Assembly: GCA_007129945.1 (NCBI GenBank)
Contig: SKUN01000087.1
Location: 21,985 to 85,984 of the forward strand
Length of the DNA stretch: 64,000 nucleotides
Reading direction: 5' to 3'
Source: Bacteroidales bacterium
GTDB lineage: Bacteria > Bacteroidota > Bacteroidia > Bacteroidales > UBA7960
Part shown: one piece after another, positions 63,661 to 64,000 of the stretch
Position numbering within the stretch: position 1 is the stretch's first letter
Layout of the letters: the number at the start of each line of letters is the position of its first letter
Made by a program: the position numbers and the translations under genes
Notes under the pieces: model-generated
What the model saw: the letters and a program-made list of their open reading frames with translations, nothing else
What the model was told of the DNA's origin: nothing
Databases searched by the model: none

Positions 63661-64000
63661 ATGATTAAAAAAGGCCTCATTGTATTCTTACTTTCTTTCA
63701 TGCTTTGCGGAATGGCTTTTTCGCAGCAGGAGGCCCAGTTCAGCCATAATATGTTCAACAACATGGGGATCAATCCCGGAGTGGCCGGATTGCGACAGGC
63801 CATATGCGCCACAGCCATCGCCCGTCAACAGTGGGTGGGATTCCGGGATGCGGAAGGAAACCGGCTGAATCCGGAAACCTACAGCCTGAACGTGGATGCT
63901 CCCGTTCCTTTTTTACGTGGCGGGGTTGGTCTGGGCTTCATGCAGGATCAGTTGGGGCCGGAGACCAACGTGGGCGTGAAAATAGCTTACGCCTATCATC
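63661..64000 (+). CDS. PorP/SprF-family type IX secretion membrane protein, 5' part (runs off the window; absent from the ORF track)
   Basis: My translation from ATG 63661 is MIKKGLIVFLLSFMLCGMAFSQQEAQFSHNMFNNMGINPGVAGLRQ...GVGLGFMQDQLGPETNVGVKIAYAYH. The frame stays open to the window end. Confidence 0.8.
   Translation, partial: MIKKGLIVFLLSFMLCGMAFSQQEAQFSHNMFNNMGINPGVAGLRQAICATAIARQQWVGFRDAEGNRLNPETYSLNVDAPVPFLRGGVGLGFMQDQLGPETNVGVKIAYAYH

Overview
This looks like a chromosomal segment of a Bacteroidota-type genome. The indicators are a PorP/SprF T9SS gene, DUF4270 and DUF3098 genes, an EF-G2-like paralogue, TAnnTTTG -7 promoter boxes and almost no Shine-Dalgarno sequences. I call about 55 protein genes, nearly all housekeeping. 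They include recX (partial), prfB (+1 frameshift), nrdJ, an AbgT-family transporter, an EF-G paralogue, glmS, panC, panD, an S41 peptidase, a DEAD-box helicase and asnA. There is a 7-gene pheA-tyrA-DAHPS-aroB-aroE-aroA-aroC operon and a his operon (hisG, hisD, a hisC/hisB fusion, hisH, hisA, hisF, hisIE). Further genes are cdd, dprA, ppa, ftsX, DUF3098, uppP, truB, queA, ispD, miaB, topA, an arginase-fold protein and the 5' end of a porP/sprF gene that the ORF track misses. I saw no rRNA, tRNA, CRISPR array, transposase or recognisable defence or toxin genes. The interesting content is regulatory and structural rather than a new protein system. (1) There are four leader-peptide attenuator candidates: an Asn6 run before asnA, a Tyr5/Phe2 run before the pheA-aro operon, and two tandem His-rich leaders before hisG. 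Each ends in a strong intrinsic terminator just upstream of the structural gene. (2) A mosaic family of short intergenic repeat modules occupies six loci, four of them inside the aro and his operons. It includes an array of GACCCC-NNN-GGGGTC hairpins that extends into the only ATG-initiated hisD reading frame. It also includes a ~215 bp pyrimidine-rich tract spanned by an ORF whose ends overlap the hisF stop and the hisIE start as ATGA. (3) Three protein-level oddities stand out: a HisC-IGPD fusion lacking a histidinol-phosphatase domain, an EF-G paralogue with degenerate GTPase motifs, and an arginase-fold protein with degenerate metal ligands next to the T9SS gene. All calls come from reading the sequence and from memory of protein families. 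No searches or folding programs were run.
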